Of a stretch of 64,000 nucleotides of DNA, positions 30,566 to 41,183 are shown piece by piece. The position numbers and the translations under genes are program-made. Within the stretch, counting starts at the first letter, position 1; each line of letters starts with the position of its first letter. This DNA comes from Candidatus Babeliales bacterium (GTDB lineage Bacteria; Babelota; Babeliae; Babelales; JANWKD01). Under the pieces are notes generated by a model, which saw only the letters and a list, made by a program, of their open reading frames with translations, did no database searches and had not been told where the DNA came from. The stretch is taken from assembly GCA_963722075.1 (NCBI GenBank), contig CAVRJM010000001.1, forward strand, positions 736,001-800,000, in the 5' to 3' direction.

Positions 30566-31123
30566 CTAGTCCACAGCATCATTAAGGATAAGCGATTTTG
30601 CAGATAAATCTAAATACGCAGCTAACGGCTGCCCATTAAAATTTAGAATACCTTTATCTTGTATCATTGCATTAATATTGGCTTTTCCGTCAAGTAAAAT
30701 ATCTTTACCAATTATTTTGCCGTTATTTAATTGCACACCATTACCAGGAACAATATAAAATCCCATATTAGTTTTAACAATTTGGTAATACTTTCCTTGA
30801 ATAGTAGGATTTTCCCTCATATACGGGCCTTTCCAATGATGAGGATATTTTAGGTGCATCGTGCCAATTTCAGAACCCTCAAAGGAAATAACATTTAAAA
30901 AATCGATATAATTTTGCTGTTGATATTGAAAATCGATAATAATACAATCATGATGAATGCTATTAAAAACAGTTGAAAGAACTGTGATATCTTCGGCAAT
31001 AATTTGGTTGGTGTATACTTTTGCCTGTTGCCAAAAATTGATAACGGTAATAGCACACAAAATAAAAATAAGGCCTACAATGGCAACTTGCGTATATTTT
31101 TGCTTGATTGTTACTCCGTGCAT
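30566..31123 (-). CDS. Pilin/pseudopilin-like protein (GspG-like)
   Basis: Single N-terminal TM helix, then an amphipathic helix; WKGPY motif typical of GspG. Confidence 0.55.
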   Translation of the reverse strand: MHGVTIKQKYTQVAIVGLIFILCAITVINFWQQAKVYTNQIIAEDITVLSTVFNSIHHDCIIIDFQYQQQNYIDFLNVISFEGSEIGTMHLKYPHHWKGPYMRENPTIQGKYYQIVKTNMGFYIVPGNGVQLNNGKIIGKDILLDGKANINAMIQDKGILNFNGQPLAAYLDLSAKSLILNDAVD

Positions 31124-31248
31124 ACTATCTTCTTCTCTTTTTTAAACCAATGCGCATTTTAAAATGTTCATTAGTACAATTGTTTAATTAGTAAGGTCAA
31201 TAGAAAACTGTACCAAATCGTTATATAAAAAAAAAGAAAATTTAGGAT

Positions 31249-31872
31249 TTATGCTAAAAAAACTCTGATATTGGAAGGAATTGGTGTTAATAAATCAAGA
31301 GCTTCTGGGCAAATAATTATCTTAGTTGTTGATTTGTCATTATCTTTTGATTGTTTTCTTTGTTGCAGTACTAAGTGGGTTCTTTGTTGCAGTATATTTT
31401 CAATCAAAAACCATACCAGCGGGTTGGGGTCACGTTCAATTAATACAACAATCTCATCTTTTTTTGCGGTTCTTCGTACTAATCCTTCATTAAAAAAAGC
31501 AGTAATTAAAGGCGAATGATCGCATATATATTGAATAAGCTTTTTCTGAATCTCTTGATCCAGTTTAAGTTTTTTAAACCAAGAAAAACAACGTTTAAAA
31601 TTAGCAATTTTTCGTCCACCCTTATTTTGAATAGTGGTAAAAGAGGCTTCAATCAATAATGGAATATCATATTTACAAGCATGTTCAAAAATTATTTTTA
31701 ATCCTTTTTTGCCGTAGCGTTCTTCAACCAAATAAGCTGCCAATCTGCTTTTACATAACAACACTAATGGCTGTGGTTGAAAAAGTGATGGCTTTTCCTC
31801 ATTGGTAATAACTTCATCCCCGGTCCCGTAAGCACTAAAAACAATTAATAAGGACATCCATATCGCTAGCAT
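31249..31872 (-). CDS. Secreted hypothetical protein
   Basis: Signal peptide ending AYG; GGAGG RBS. Confidence 0.7.
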   Translation of the reverse strand: MLAIWMSLLIVFSAYGTGDEVITNEEKPSLFQPQPLVLLCKSRLAAYLVEERYGKKGLKIIFEHACKYDIPLLIEASFTTIQNKGGRKIANFKRCFSWFKKLKLDQEIQKKLIQYICDHSPLITAFFNEGLVRRTAKKDEIVVLIERDPNPLVWFLIENILQQRTHLVLQQRKQSKDNDKSTTKIIICPEALDLLTPIPSNIRVFLA

Positions 31873-31904
31873 AGTTATCCCCTCCTAGCCTGGGTTGTTC
31901 CTCT

Positions 31905-32997
<1,093 letters not shown>

Positions 32998-33023
32998 TTA
33001 TAAAATCTAAAAAGGAGTAATGA

Positions 33024-33863
33024 ATGCAATTATTATTTTCCTCATTTTATCACTATTTTATTTTTTTTGGCTGGCGTGATTGCCTAGAAATTATATTTTT
33101 TTCATCAATATTTTACTTTTTTTCACGGTGGTTATTCTCCGATACACAAAAAAACTTATTATTCTCTTTTTACAACTATTGGCTTATTGCATTTGCATCC
33201 TATTTTTTACAACTCACCAGTATTACTTTCTTTCTTTTTGCTTTTGCGCCAGTAATTTGCGTAATATTTATAGTAATACATCAAAAAACATTACAGAAAA
33301 ATTTTATCAGCTATACCAACAAAACTTCTATTGCAAAAGATACAGATCATTGGCTTGATACCTTGGTACGTTTATGTTTACAAACTGCTCATAAAGATAA
33401 ACAACTTTTTTTTATTATCGAGCGTTACTCTTCTTTGCAAGATTTTTTAAACATACCATTCAAGATACATACAGATTTCAATAATGCATTACTTTCCATG
33501 CTTATAGATGCCCCTTCATTTGAGCAAAGTAAATTTATTTTAATGAATCACGAAGGATATTTATTAGGTATAAATGTAAGCAGTAAAATAACTATTGATA
33601 AAGAATGGATCGACACAACATTACTTAATAGCCAAACGTACAAAGATCATAGCTACTTATTAACGCATCAAACTGACGCACTCATTGTAGGTGTTACTCC
33701 TCAACTAAAACCATTTACGGTAATTTTCGATGGTACGTTTTATGAGCAGTTAACAACAGAAGCTGCAATGCGCTTACTTAAAAGATTCATACTTACTCAA
33801 AATCAAAAGGATTTTAAAAATGGTTACCTTAAAAAAACTAGTCACCACCAGCTCAGTCGTTAA
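33024..33863 (+). CDS. CdaA/DacA-like membrane protein with degenerate DisA_N domain
   Basis: Three N-terminal TM helices, IIER and TDAL motifs, upstream of YbbR-like gene and glmM; DGA and RHR missing. Confidence 0.8.
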   Translation: MQLLFSSFYHYFIFFGWRDCLEIIFFSSIFYFFSRWLFSDTQKNLLFSFYNYWLIAFASYFLQLTSITFFLFAFAPVICVIFIVIHQKTLQKNFISYTNKTSIAKDTDHWLDTLVRLCLQTAHKDKQLFFIIERYSSLQDFLNIPFKIHTDFNNALLSMLIDAPSFEQSKFILMNHEGYLLGINVSSKITIDKEWIDTTLLNSQTYKDHSYLLTHQTDALIVGVTPQLKPFTVIFDGTFYEQLTTEAAMRLLKRFILTQNQKDFKNGYLKKTSHHQLSR

Positions 33864-34203
33864 AATAACTTCATGTATCATTGGATTTTGTTTTTGGTTT
33901 ATTTTAAGTGACTTTCGTGCCATAGAAATAACATATACCGTTCCAATTTCTTTTTACAATGACGAGCACTATAGTATTGAAGCACCAGAAACTATTACCG
34001 TTCAATTAAAGGGACATAAAACAGATTTTTATGCAGCAGACCTCACATCATTAACAGCGATAGTCGATCTTAAACAATTACATGAAGGAACAAATCATAT
34101 TATTTTAACCGAAGAAAATTTATTTTTACCTCCTGAAATTAAATTGGTACACTATACTCCATTAAATATAGTAGTAATGGTAAAAAATAAAAATCTGGTA
34201 TAA
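33820..34203 (+). CDS. CdaR/YbbR-domain protein
   Basis: KI.S.I...FW anchor, VPI, PETITVQLKG, AIVDL; synteny. Confidence 0.8.
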   Translation: MVTLKKLVTTSSVVKITSCIIGFCFWFILSDFRAIEITYTVPISFYNDEHYSIEAPETITVQLKGHKTDFYAADLTSLTAIVDLKQLHEGTNHIILTEENLFLPPEIKLVHYTPLNIVVMVKNKNLV

Positions 34204-34207
34204 GTCA

Positions 34208-35527
34208 ATGATTGATAATATTTTTGGTACCGATGGTATCCGGGCAACAATGGGCACTGCTACGCTTACCCCCCTCCTGCTCCAGCAACTGGGTAAAGCA
34301 ATTGCTCAATGGTCAATTAATAAATATAATAAAAATCCTAAAATCCTTTTAGGGCATGATACGCGCATTTCATGTGATCTGGTTAAATCGGCACTGAAAT
34401 CAGGGTTATTATTATATCCGATCCAAATATTTGATGGCCATATCTTAACATCCCCTGCAGTGTGTCAACTTATTGCTTTTCAAGAACATTTTGATTGTGG
34501 CATTATTATTTCGGCATCCCATAATCCGTATCATGATAATGGTATTAAGATTATTGATAAAACAGGTAAATTATCTTTAGATGATGAATTAATGATCTCT
34601 GCACTTTTTCAAGAACAAAATACTCATCATAATTACCTGCATTTAGGATCTGAAATCTTCTGGTCTCAAGCTGAACAGTCTTATATAAATACACTCAGTA
34701 GTTTTTTTACTAAGAATTTCTTAATTGGTAAAAAAATTATTTTAGATTGCGCACATGGCGCATCTTTTCGATTAGCCCCACAAATTTTTAATCAATTTGG
34801 CGCAACAACTATTATTTTGCATAATCAACCCGATGGCTGTAATATAAATCATAATTGTGGTGCTTTACATCCACTTTCACTACAAAAAGCCGTTATTGAA
34901 CATCAAGCTGACGCGGGTTTTGCCTTTGATGGGGACGCTGACCGTGTAATTGTCGTCAATAAAAATGGTCAGATTAAAGATGGCGATGATATTTTAGCCC
35001 TCTTACTAAATCACCCCCACTATAAACATACCACACAGGTAGTTGGAACCATTATGAGCAATCAAGGATTTGAGTTTTTCCTCAACAACCAAAGTAAAAC
35101 GTTAATTAGAACAGCAGTAGGCGATAAATATGTCTGTGCTAGTTTAGTAGAAAAAGGCCTTATTTTAGGCGGTGAACCATCAGGGCATATAATAGTCCGC
35201 GATTATCTTAATACCGGTGATGGTATCTTTATAGCATTACGTGTGCTAGAATCTCTTATTATTAATGATAATTGGAAAATGGAAACATTCGAAAAATTCC
35301 CTCAAGTGCTTCTTAATGTTCCCGTTTTACAAAGAAAGGATCTAGCTTCAAATCCATACGAACAAATTATTACTCGCTGGCGTAATGAATTACAGAGTGG
35401 CCGTATAATTATACGGTACTCAGGAACGGAAAATCTTTTACGAATTATGATCGAAGATAATGATTACCATCATGCTCATGCTATTGGAGATCGATTAGTC
35501 CAACAATTATTGGAAGTTTTAAATTAA
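34208..35527 (+). CDS. glmM: Phosphoglucosamine mutase
   Basis: FGTDGIR, ISASHNP, FDGDADR, GGEPSGH, RYSGTE. Confidence 0.96.
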   Translation: MIDNIFGTDGIRATMGTATLTPLLLQQLGKAIAQWSINKYNKNPKILLGHDTRISCDLVKSALKSGLLLYPIQIFDGHILTSPAVCQLIAFQEHFDCGIIISASHNPYHDNGIKIIDKTGKLSLDDELMISALFQEQNTHHNYLHLGSEIFWSQAEQSYINTLSSFFTKNFLIGKKIILDCAHGASFRLAPQIFNQFGATTIILHNQPDGCNINHNCGALHPLSLQKAVIEHQADAGFAFDGDADRVIVVNKNGQIKDGDDILALLLNHPHYKHTTQVVGTIMSNQGFEFFLNNQSKTLIRTAVGDKYVCASLVEKGLILGGEPSGHIIVRDYLNTGDGIFIALRVLESLIINDNWKMETFEKFPQVLLNVPVLQRKDLASNPYEQIITRWRNELQSGRIIIRYSGTENLLRIMIEDNDYHHAHAIGDRLVQQLLEVLN

Positions 35528-35531
35528 CGTT

Positions 35532-36158
35532 ATGTTTAAAGAAAAAATTATTATTTTGTTAAATCACATTCGCTCGATTTTTTTAAATGGTCTTTTTACC
35601 ATTTTACCCTTTACCTTAACTATCGCTCTTTTTAGATTAAGTTATCGCGTAATTAATAATTGGTTACAACCAATTTATGATTTAGAGCCTCCTTACTTAC
35701 AAACAATTCCAGGTTCGCATATTATTGTCGTTTTACTGGTAATTTTTCTGGTTGGGCTTCTCATTAAACTTTTCTTTCTAGAACCACTTATCCATCTTTT
35801 GGAATCAGTTTTTGCTAAAATACCCCTCTTAAAACAAGTATATGGTGGCACTAAACAATTGGTACAAGCATTTAATATTCAAGATGAATTGGCATTTAAA
35901 AAAATTGTTATGGTACCATTTCCAACACCCTCTAGTTTTTGCATTGGTTTTTTAACTAGTGAATTCCCTCCTCAAGTAGTCAATTTCAGCACTGAGCGTT
36001 TTTTCAATATCTTTATCCCCACCACCCCTAATCCCACCAGCGGTTTTTTAATTCAGGTTGCAGAAAAAGATATTATAGTTATTAATTTAACACGCCAAGA
36101 AGCGATGTCATTAATTATTTCGGGCGGCATTATTCAACCTGAGCGATTTAAAAAATAG
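35532..36158 (+). CDS. DUF502 / COV1-like membrane protein
   Basis: Two TM helices, KIPLLKQVY, FIPTTPNPTSGF. Confidence 0.9.
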   Translation: MFKEKIIILLNHIRSIFLNGLFTILPFTLTIALFRLSYRVINNWLQPIYDLEPPYLQTIPGSHIIVVLLVIFLVGLLIKLFFLEPLIHLLESVFAKIPLLKQVYGGTKQLVQAFNIQDELAFKKIVMVPFPTPSSFCIGFLTSEFPPQVVNFSTERFFNIFIPTTPNPTSGFLIQVAEKDIIVINLTRQEAMSLIISGGIIQPERFKK

Positions 36159-36173
36159 ATCGATTGTTAGTTA

Positions 36174-36530
36174 TTATTTAGGATGACCCTTTGTACTTAT
36201 GCCCCATTGTTGATTTTTTTCATTTTGCCAAATCCATAATTCTGCGTCTCTTTTAGGAACAAAACCTCCACTAATAGGTATATTGCCAAAATTTTCATTT
36301 TTAATGAAAATCGATGCACTACCAAAGTCAGAATTTAGAGGGAAATTATGAGAACTTTCTCCCACCGGTACATATATACCCGTCACAAAAACCCCACTAT
36401 GTAAACTTAATGTTACATCTTTTTTACTTAAATTATGTATAGTTACTTGTTTCTCTGCTGTATATAGTGCCGTGTATATTACTGAGCAGCTCAAACAAAG
36501 TATAAATACCATATTTTTTTTATTTATCAT
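36174..36530 (-). CDS. Secreted hypothetical protein, beta-rich
   Basis: Signal peptide; VTIHNLS...VTL. Confidence 0.65.
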   Translation of the reverse strand: MINKKNMVFILCLSCSVIYTALYTAEKQVTIHNLSKKDVTLSLHSGVFVTGIYVPVGESSHNFPLNSDFGSASIFIKNENFGNIPISGGFVPKRDAELWIWQNEKNQQWGISTKGHPK

Positions 36531-36564
36531 ATCTACCTTTCTTTTTTTTGTTTTTTACAAATGA

Positions 36565-36900
36565 CTATAATAACGGCTTGGTATCTTTGGTAGTACCTAT
36601 CGGCTTATCTTCAGAAGTGCCGCGATGGTAATTATAAGAACCATATCTTTTTCTGGTAGCTCGCTGTAATTGCCATAATCTTATTCTTCTATTACGTTCT
36701 TGCGCTATTGCCATATCAGTAGCAGCTGCACGCGATAAGTCTATTTTTTTCTTCTTTTTTAATTCAGGTGCCACTTCTGGAACATATAACATTCTTCCAC
36801 TTAACCCGCTATATAAATTGGGCCTTTTACTTTCCATAATAGGATATAATTTGAGCGGTATTAGACCTACAAAAATGTAATAATATAATCGATTTTTCAT
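36565..36900 (-). CDS. Secreted basic hypothetical protein
   Basis: Signal-like N-terminus ending YPI|ME; PELKKKKK. Confidence 0.65.
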   Translation of the reverse strand: MKNRLYYYIFVGLIPLKLYPIMESKRPNLYSGLSGRMLYVPEVAPELKKKKKIDLSRAAATDMAIAQERNRRIRLWQLQRATRKRYGSYNYHRGTSEDKPIGTTKDTKPLL

Positions 36901-37095
36901 ACAATTAATTCCCCTCTTCTAGTTATTAATATACTGCTATTTTCAACAATAAAACAATAAATAGCCGTTTCTGAGTGAATACGTGGCCCCATAAATTGAT
37001 GGTTTTTAATTTTAAAAATTATTGCTATTAGAATAATATATGGTGTAATATAAGAAGTAGAATAGGAGCAAAATAGTAAAAAAGGAGAATAACGT

Positions 37096-37248
37096 ATGGC
37101 TAAAGACTTAAATCCACCAAAAAAAGGTAATCACCACCCAAAACCTGATAACTATACAGCTCCTCATGTTGGGCAACGTAAAGAAGGCTCAAGCAAAACT
37201 GATGAACGTGAAACTCAAAAACAAAAAGTTAATAAAGATGTTTGTTAA
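37096..37248 (+). CDS. 50-aa hydrophilic basic microprotein
   Basis: AAGGAG RBS; MAKDLNPPKKGNHHPKPD...KQKVNKDVC; not in track. Confidence 0.75.
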   Translation: MAKDLNPPKKGNHHPKPDNYTAPHVGQRKEGSSKTDERETQKQKVNKDVC

Positions 37249-37316
37249 TTAGTTAAAAAATAATGTAGTGTTTGTAATTATTTTTTTTATTTATTTATTT
37301 TTAAAAGGAGTCAATC

Positions 37317-37517
37317 ATGGCTAAACATGAAAAAAAAGAAGCAGGACATCAAGGTAAAGAAGCAACGCATCACGGTGATACTGCAAAACATGGTCAAGCT
37401 AAACATACCGGTTCACACCAAACACCTCATGCAGGATCTGCAAAACATGGCCACACGAATTCAAAATGGGAAAATACTTCAAAAACTGGTAAGTTAGGTA
37501 AAGAAGAAAAGAAGTAA
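37317..37517 (+). CDS. 66-aa His/Lys/Gly-rich microprotein
   Basis: AAGGAG RBS; AKH occurs four times. Confidence 0.85.
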   Translation: MAKHEKKEAGHQGKEATHHGDTAKHGQAKHTGSHQTPHAGSAKHGHTNSKWENTSKTGKLGKEEKK

Positions 37518-37596
37518 GAAGAAGCTGCTGCTGGGCAGAAAATTCTAACTTTTACTCATATCTTGAGTATATTATATTTATAATTAGGAGGTTATC

Positions 37597-37728
37597 ATGG
37601 CATACCATAAAGCACATAAATCACATCACAAAAAGGCAAGTTCAACGCATCATCATAAAAAATTCAACTCAAAAGCTCATCCACGAAATAAGCTTGGCCA
37701 ATTTGTGAAGAAAAGCAAATCACGATAA
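37597..37728 (+). CDS. 43-aa His/Lys-rich microprotein
   Basis: AGGAGG RBS; MAYHKAHKSHHKKASSTHHHKKFNSKAHPRNKLGQFVKKSKSR; not in track. Confidence 0.85.
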   Translation: MAYHKAHKSHHKKASSTHHHKKFNSKAHPRNKLGQFVKKSKSR

Positions 37729-37746
37729 ATAATCACGTCATTTTAT

Positions 37747-37778
37747 AAGTAAGAACGGATAACAATCCGTTCTTACTT
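37747..37778. terminator. Perfect 14-bp hairpin, terminator or mRNA stabiliser
   Basis: AAGTAAGAACGGAT-AACA-ATCCGTTCTTACTT followed by TACTTTT. Confidence 0.7.
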
Positions 37779-37797
37779 TACTTTTAAGGAGGTTACA

Positions 37798-37974
37798 ATG
37801 GCACATAAAAATGGTAATAAAAATCTTATAGAAAAATCGTGGGAAACAATTAGTTCATGGTTTTCTAAACCTACCCGTAAAGAAGCCCATAAAAATCATC
37901 ATAAAACCTATGAGGATATTCAAAAACATATAAGAAATGAGCAAAAAACACCTAAAAACCATACGAAATTGTGA
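37798..37974 (+). CDS. 58-aa His/Lys-rich microprotein
   Basis: AAGGAGG RBS; MAHKNGNKNLIEKSWETISSWFSKP...KNHTKL; not in track. Confidence 0.8.
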   Translation: MAHKNGNKNLIEKSWETISSWFSKPTRKEAHKNHHKTYEDIQKHIRNEQKTPKNHTKL

Positions 37975-37982
37975 GAGAAAAC

Positions 37983-38156
37983 ATGGTATATAGATATAAA
38001 ATAAGGGCAGAAGAGTCTAAAAAGAATAAAAAAAAAGTAAAAAAGGCCGATCAAAGTAAAGCTACTGATGAAAATAACCGCTATGGACAATCAGTCCCTA
38101 TATTAGAAGAAGAACGTGTAAATCCCCATATTATTGATGAACATGGGGAATATTAA
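37983..38156 (+). CDS. 57-aa charged microprotein
   Basis: ATG 37983, 8 nt after the previous stop; KKNKKKVKK then an acidic tail. Confidence 0.65.
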   Translation: MVYRYKIRAEESKKNKKKVKKADQSKATDENNRYGQSVPILEEERVNPHIIDEHGEY

Positions 38157-38158
38157 AA

Positions 38159-39154
38159 TTATTTCGTTTCTTCAAATACCTTTTTGATTGAAGCTAAGCT
38201 TCCCATTAATGAACTTGCTTCATAAGGGATCAACATCAATTTACCTTCTTTATCTTTAGTAATTTCAGGCAACGTTTTTATATATTGCATAGCAATTAAA
38301 TAGGGCAAAGGATCACCATTAGGTATTGCATGCTGAATCATAGTAATCGCTTGTGCCTCTGCTTGTGTAATTTTCAATCGCGCTTCTGCTTGTCCTTCAG
38401 CCTCAATAATATTCCCTTGAGCAGTTCCTTGCGCTTTCAAAATATCAGCTTCTCTAACCCCTTCTGCTTCTAAAATAGCAGCTCTTTTTTTACCTTCAGA
38501 TTCTAAGATAACTGCACGACGATCCCGTTCTGCTCTCATTTGCTTTTCCATAGCGATACGAATATCATGCGGTGGATTAACTTCTTGCAGTTCAACGCGG
38601 TTAACTTTTACACCCCACTTATCCGTCGCTTCATCTAAAATAATGCGCAATTTATTATTAATGGCATCTCTAGAAACAAGCGTTTCATCTAAATCCATAG
38701 CGCCAATTACGTTTCGTAAGGTGGTTTGCGTCAATTTTTCGATTGCTTCTGAAAGATTGGCAACCTCATATACCGCTGCCTTGGGATCAGTTATTTGATA
38801 ATATAATAAGGCGTTAATTTCCATCATTACGTTATCTCGAGTAATTACATTTTGCTTAGGAAAATCATAGACCGATTCACGCAAATCAAGGCGATTTGCT
38901 ATTTTAGTAAAACGATGATATCGCTTACCTTCTCCTTCTATCACTAAATATGACCATTGTACCGAGCGTGGTTTTTCAACAAACGGCACAATTACATGTA
39001 ATCCTGCATGCAATGTTTTACTATAACGACCAAATCGCTCAATAACCATAGCTTCAGCTTGTTGAATTAAGTAAACAGTCTTTAGCAAAAAAATAATACT
39101 AAAAATAATTAATGTACTTAAAAAAATTAATCCAATGGGAATAAAATATAACAT
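38159..39154 (-). CDS. SPFH/band-7 protein, QmcA-like
   Basis: ERFGRY, VITRDNV, QTTLRNVIG, KQMRAERDRRA. Confidence 0.95.
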   Translation of the reverse strand: MLYFIPIGLIFLSTLIIFSIIFLLKTVYLIQQAEAMVIERFGRYSKTLHAGLHVIVPFVEKPRSVQWSYLVIEGEGKRYHRFTKIANRLDLRESVYDFPKQNVITRDNVMMEINALLYYQITDPKAAVYEVANLSEAIEKLTQTTLRNVIGAMDLDETLVSRDAINNKLRIILDEATDKWGVKVNRVELQEVNPPHDIRIAMEKQMRAERDRRAVILESEGKKRAAILEAEGVREADILKAQGTAQGNIIEAEGQAEARLKITQAEAQAITMIQHAIPNGDPLPYLIAMQYIKTLPEITKDKEGKLMLIPYEASSLMGSLASIKKVFEETK

Positions 39155-39163
39155 GATACAACC

Positions 39164-39610
39164 TTAATTAGAAATTTGAACTCTTTTTACCATACAATGA
39201 CAACCGCTAATGGTAATAACTTCAACCACCGAACCTATCGGACAATGTTCTGCTGATTGGGCTAACCAAATCTGATTATCAACCACTATGTATCCCTTTT
39301 GTAAAGGGGTAATTTCATGGGTTACCACCCCATGGGCCCCTTGAAGGGCGAATGTATTAGTTTTTAAGCTTTTAGGAATAGTTTTTTTCTCTATTTTTTG
39401 CAACCATAAGGTTAAGGCAATGAAAATAACCAAAAAACTTCCAAAAAAAATATATATTTGTTCTTGAAACGAAAAACCAAATAGGCTACTAACAACTCCT
39501 GCCAAAGAAGCTAAGGAAATTGAAAGGAAAAGGAAAAGCCCCGGGTTAATCACTTCTAGTATTAAAAATATAAGTCCAATGATAAGCCAATAATATAATA
39601 AATTTGTCAT
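39164..39610 (-). CDS. NfeD-family membrane protein, short YbbJ type
   Basis: WLIIGLIFLILE, C-terminal OB-fold pattern; adjacent to the SPFH gene. Confidence 0.9.
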   Translation of the reverse strand: MTNLLYYWLIIGLIFLILEVINPGLFLFLSISLASLAGVVSSLFGFSFQEQIYIFFGSFLVIFIALTLWLQKIEKKTIPKSLKTNTFALQGAHGVVTHEITPLQKGYIVVDNQIWLAQSAEHCPIGSVVEVITISGCHCMVKRVQISN

Positions 39611-39838
39611 AATATCGTTATTTGTTATTTTTTATATTTAGTATATCAACAATTGGTAATTTTTCAATCCAGATGAAATAAAATACAAATATAACAATTT
39701 GTAAAAATAATTTATTTAATAATTTTCTAAGTATTGCTTTTTATGTAATTAATTGCTTATCATAATAATGTAACAACATGAATTCGATCTAAAAAAACTT
39801 AAATTAAATGTTTATGGAATATTAAGCATATGCCTAAA

Positions 39839-39951
39839 AATCCAGTTATAAAAATATAAAGACTTTTATTTATTCACTGGATCCCCACGCTAACGCTCGG
39901 GATGACAAGGTGAAACAACAAATTGTCATTGCGAGCTTGCGTGGCAATCCA
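39839..39951. repeat. REP/RPE-like palindromic element
   Basis: AATCCAGT, AT spacer, TTCACTGGATCCCCACGC...CGGGATGACA, then TGTCATTGCGAG...GGCAATCCA. Confidence 0.85.
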
Positions 39952-39973
39952 TTTATAAAATTAAAGGGACTGT

Positions 39974-40192
39974 ATGAAAAAAATTATTTTTACTTACCTC
40001 TGCTCACAATCATTAATAATTAATGCAGCAATCGATTTTACTCAAGATCGTCCACTTACTACTGATATAAACCCGGTTCTCAACCAATTATATGTTGAGC
40101 CTGAAAATCCTACCCGCCGTTGTGGCTGCAACCACCGAAAAAATAGATGGGCACGCTGTAATAAGCGTTCATTAAAGGTTAAAAATAAATAA
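39974..40192 (+). CDS. Small secreted hypothetical protein
   Basis: MKKIIF...IINA, AAGGGA RBS, basic Cys-containing tail. Confidence 0.5.
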   Translation: MKKIIFTYLCSQSLIINAAIDFTQDRPLTTDINPVLNQLYVEPENPTRRCGCNHRKNRWARCNKRSLKVKNK

Positions 40193-40271
40193 TTTTTCTA
40201 ATGATTGCATAACTAATCGTATTCTTTTACAGTTAAAATAAATAATTTTATTTTATATCTGTTATTATGCG

Positions 40272-41177
40272 ATGAATAATACAAAATATATATTGAGCCT
40301 ATTTTTGTTAATGGTGATAACTGGCTGCAAAAAAATAGCAGATCCTTCTCATTTAAATTATGCTTCGGTTTCTTGTACAAAGCCATCTAATATCTCTAGC
40401 GTTAGCCAACAACCTAAAGCTATAACCATATGGATTCATGGGACCCGCGTTTTTTTTTCAAAATTCATATTGCCCAATTTTTTCTATACTCGCATTGGTC
40501 TCCATAATGCCCTAGAATTTGATAAGAAATATCATATCCGTGAAATTGCAGATATTTTATGCCAGTATCAGCCTTCCAGATATGATATCCGTGATTTTTA
40601 CTTTTATGGATGGTCCGGAAAGTTAAGTTTTAAAGCTCGTTATAAAGCTGCTCACAAATTATTTAAATTATTGATTAATATAATCAACGAGTATGAGCAA
40701 AAATATGGACATAGGCCAAAAATACGTATAATAACCCATAGCCATGGCGGCAATGTAGCCCTTAATTTAGCTCATTTTAATATAGATTTAGCACTTATTA
40801 TTGATGAATTAATATTACTTGCCTGTCCGGTACAAAATAGAACTTGTCATTTAAGCAAACATGAGATGTTTAAAAAAATTTATTCATTATACTCTCGTTT
40901 TGATTCATTCCAGATTATTGATCCTCAACGGGTTTATTATTGGCTCAAAAAGGATACTTTTGGTTCTTCATATGAAAAACCTGATTCCTTTTTTTCAAGA
41001 CGCCGTTTTGATCCGCATAGTACCATTAAACAAGTTCCTTTAAAATTTAATAATCGCGGTATCATGCATATTGAATTTATTACTAACAAATTTGTAACTG
41101 CTTTGCCAGCGATTTTGGATGAAATAGACTCATGGGATGAAACGACCAAAGATTTTATTTGCATAAAATCTAAATAA
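40272..41177 (+). CDS. Lipoprotein, alpha/beta-hydrolase fold
   Basis: Lipobox ITGC; WIHGT, FYGWSG, nucleophile elbow THSHGGN, LACP, late His. Confidence 0.8.
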   Translation: MNNTKYILSLFLLMVITGCKKIADPSHLNYASVSCTKPSNISSVSQQPKAITIWIHGTRVFFSKFILPNFFYTRIGLHNALEFDKKYHIREIADILCQYQPSRYDIRDFYFYGWSGKLSFKARYKAAHKLFKLLINIINEYEQKYGHRPKIRIITHSHGGNVALNLAHFNIDLALIIDELILLACPVQNRTCHLSKHEMFKKIYSLYSRFDSFQIIDPQRVYYWLKKDTFGSSYEKPDSFFSRRRFDPHSTIKQVPLKFNNRGIMHIEFITNKFVTALPAILDEIDSWDETTKDFICIKSK

Positions 41178-41183
41178 AAAACT

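Noticed and set aside
30414..30569. 51-codon ORF with AAGGAG RBS (MIKKLIIITLSIEYYK...)
   Set aside because: Looks like a truncated signal peptide joined to unrelated sequence; may be a gene remnant but cannot be supported
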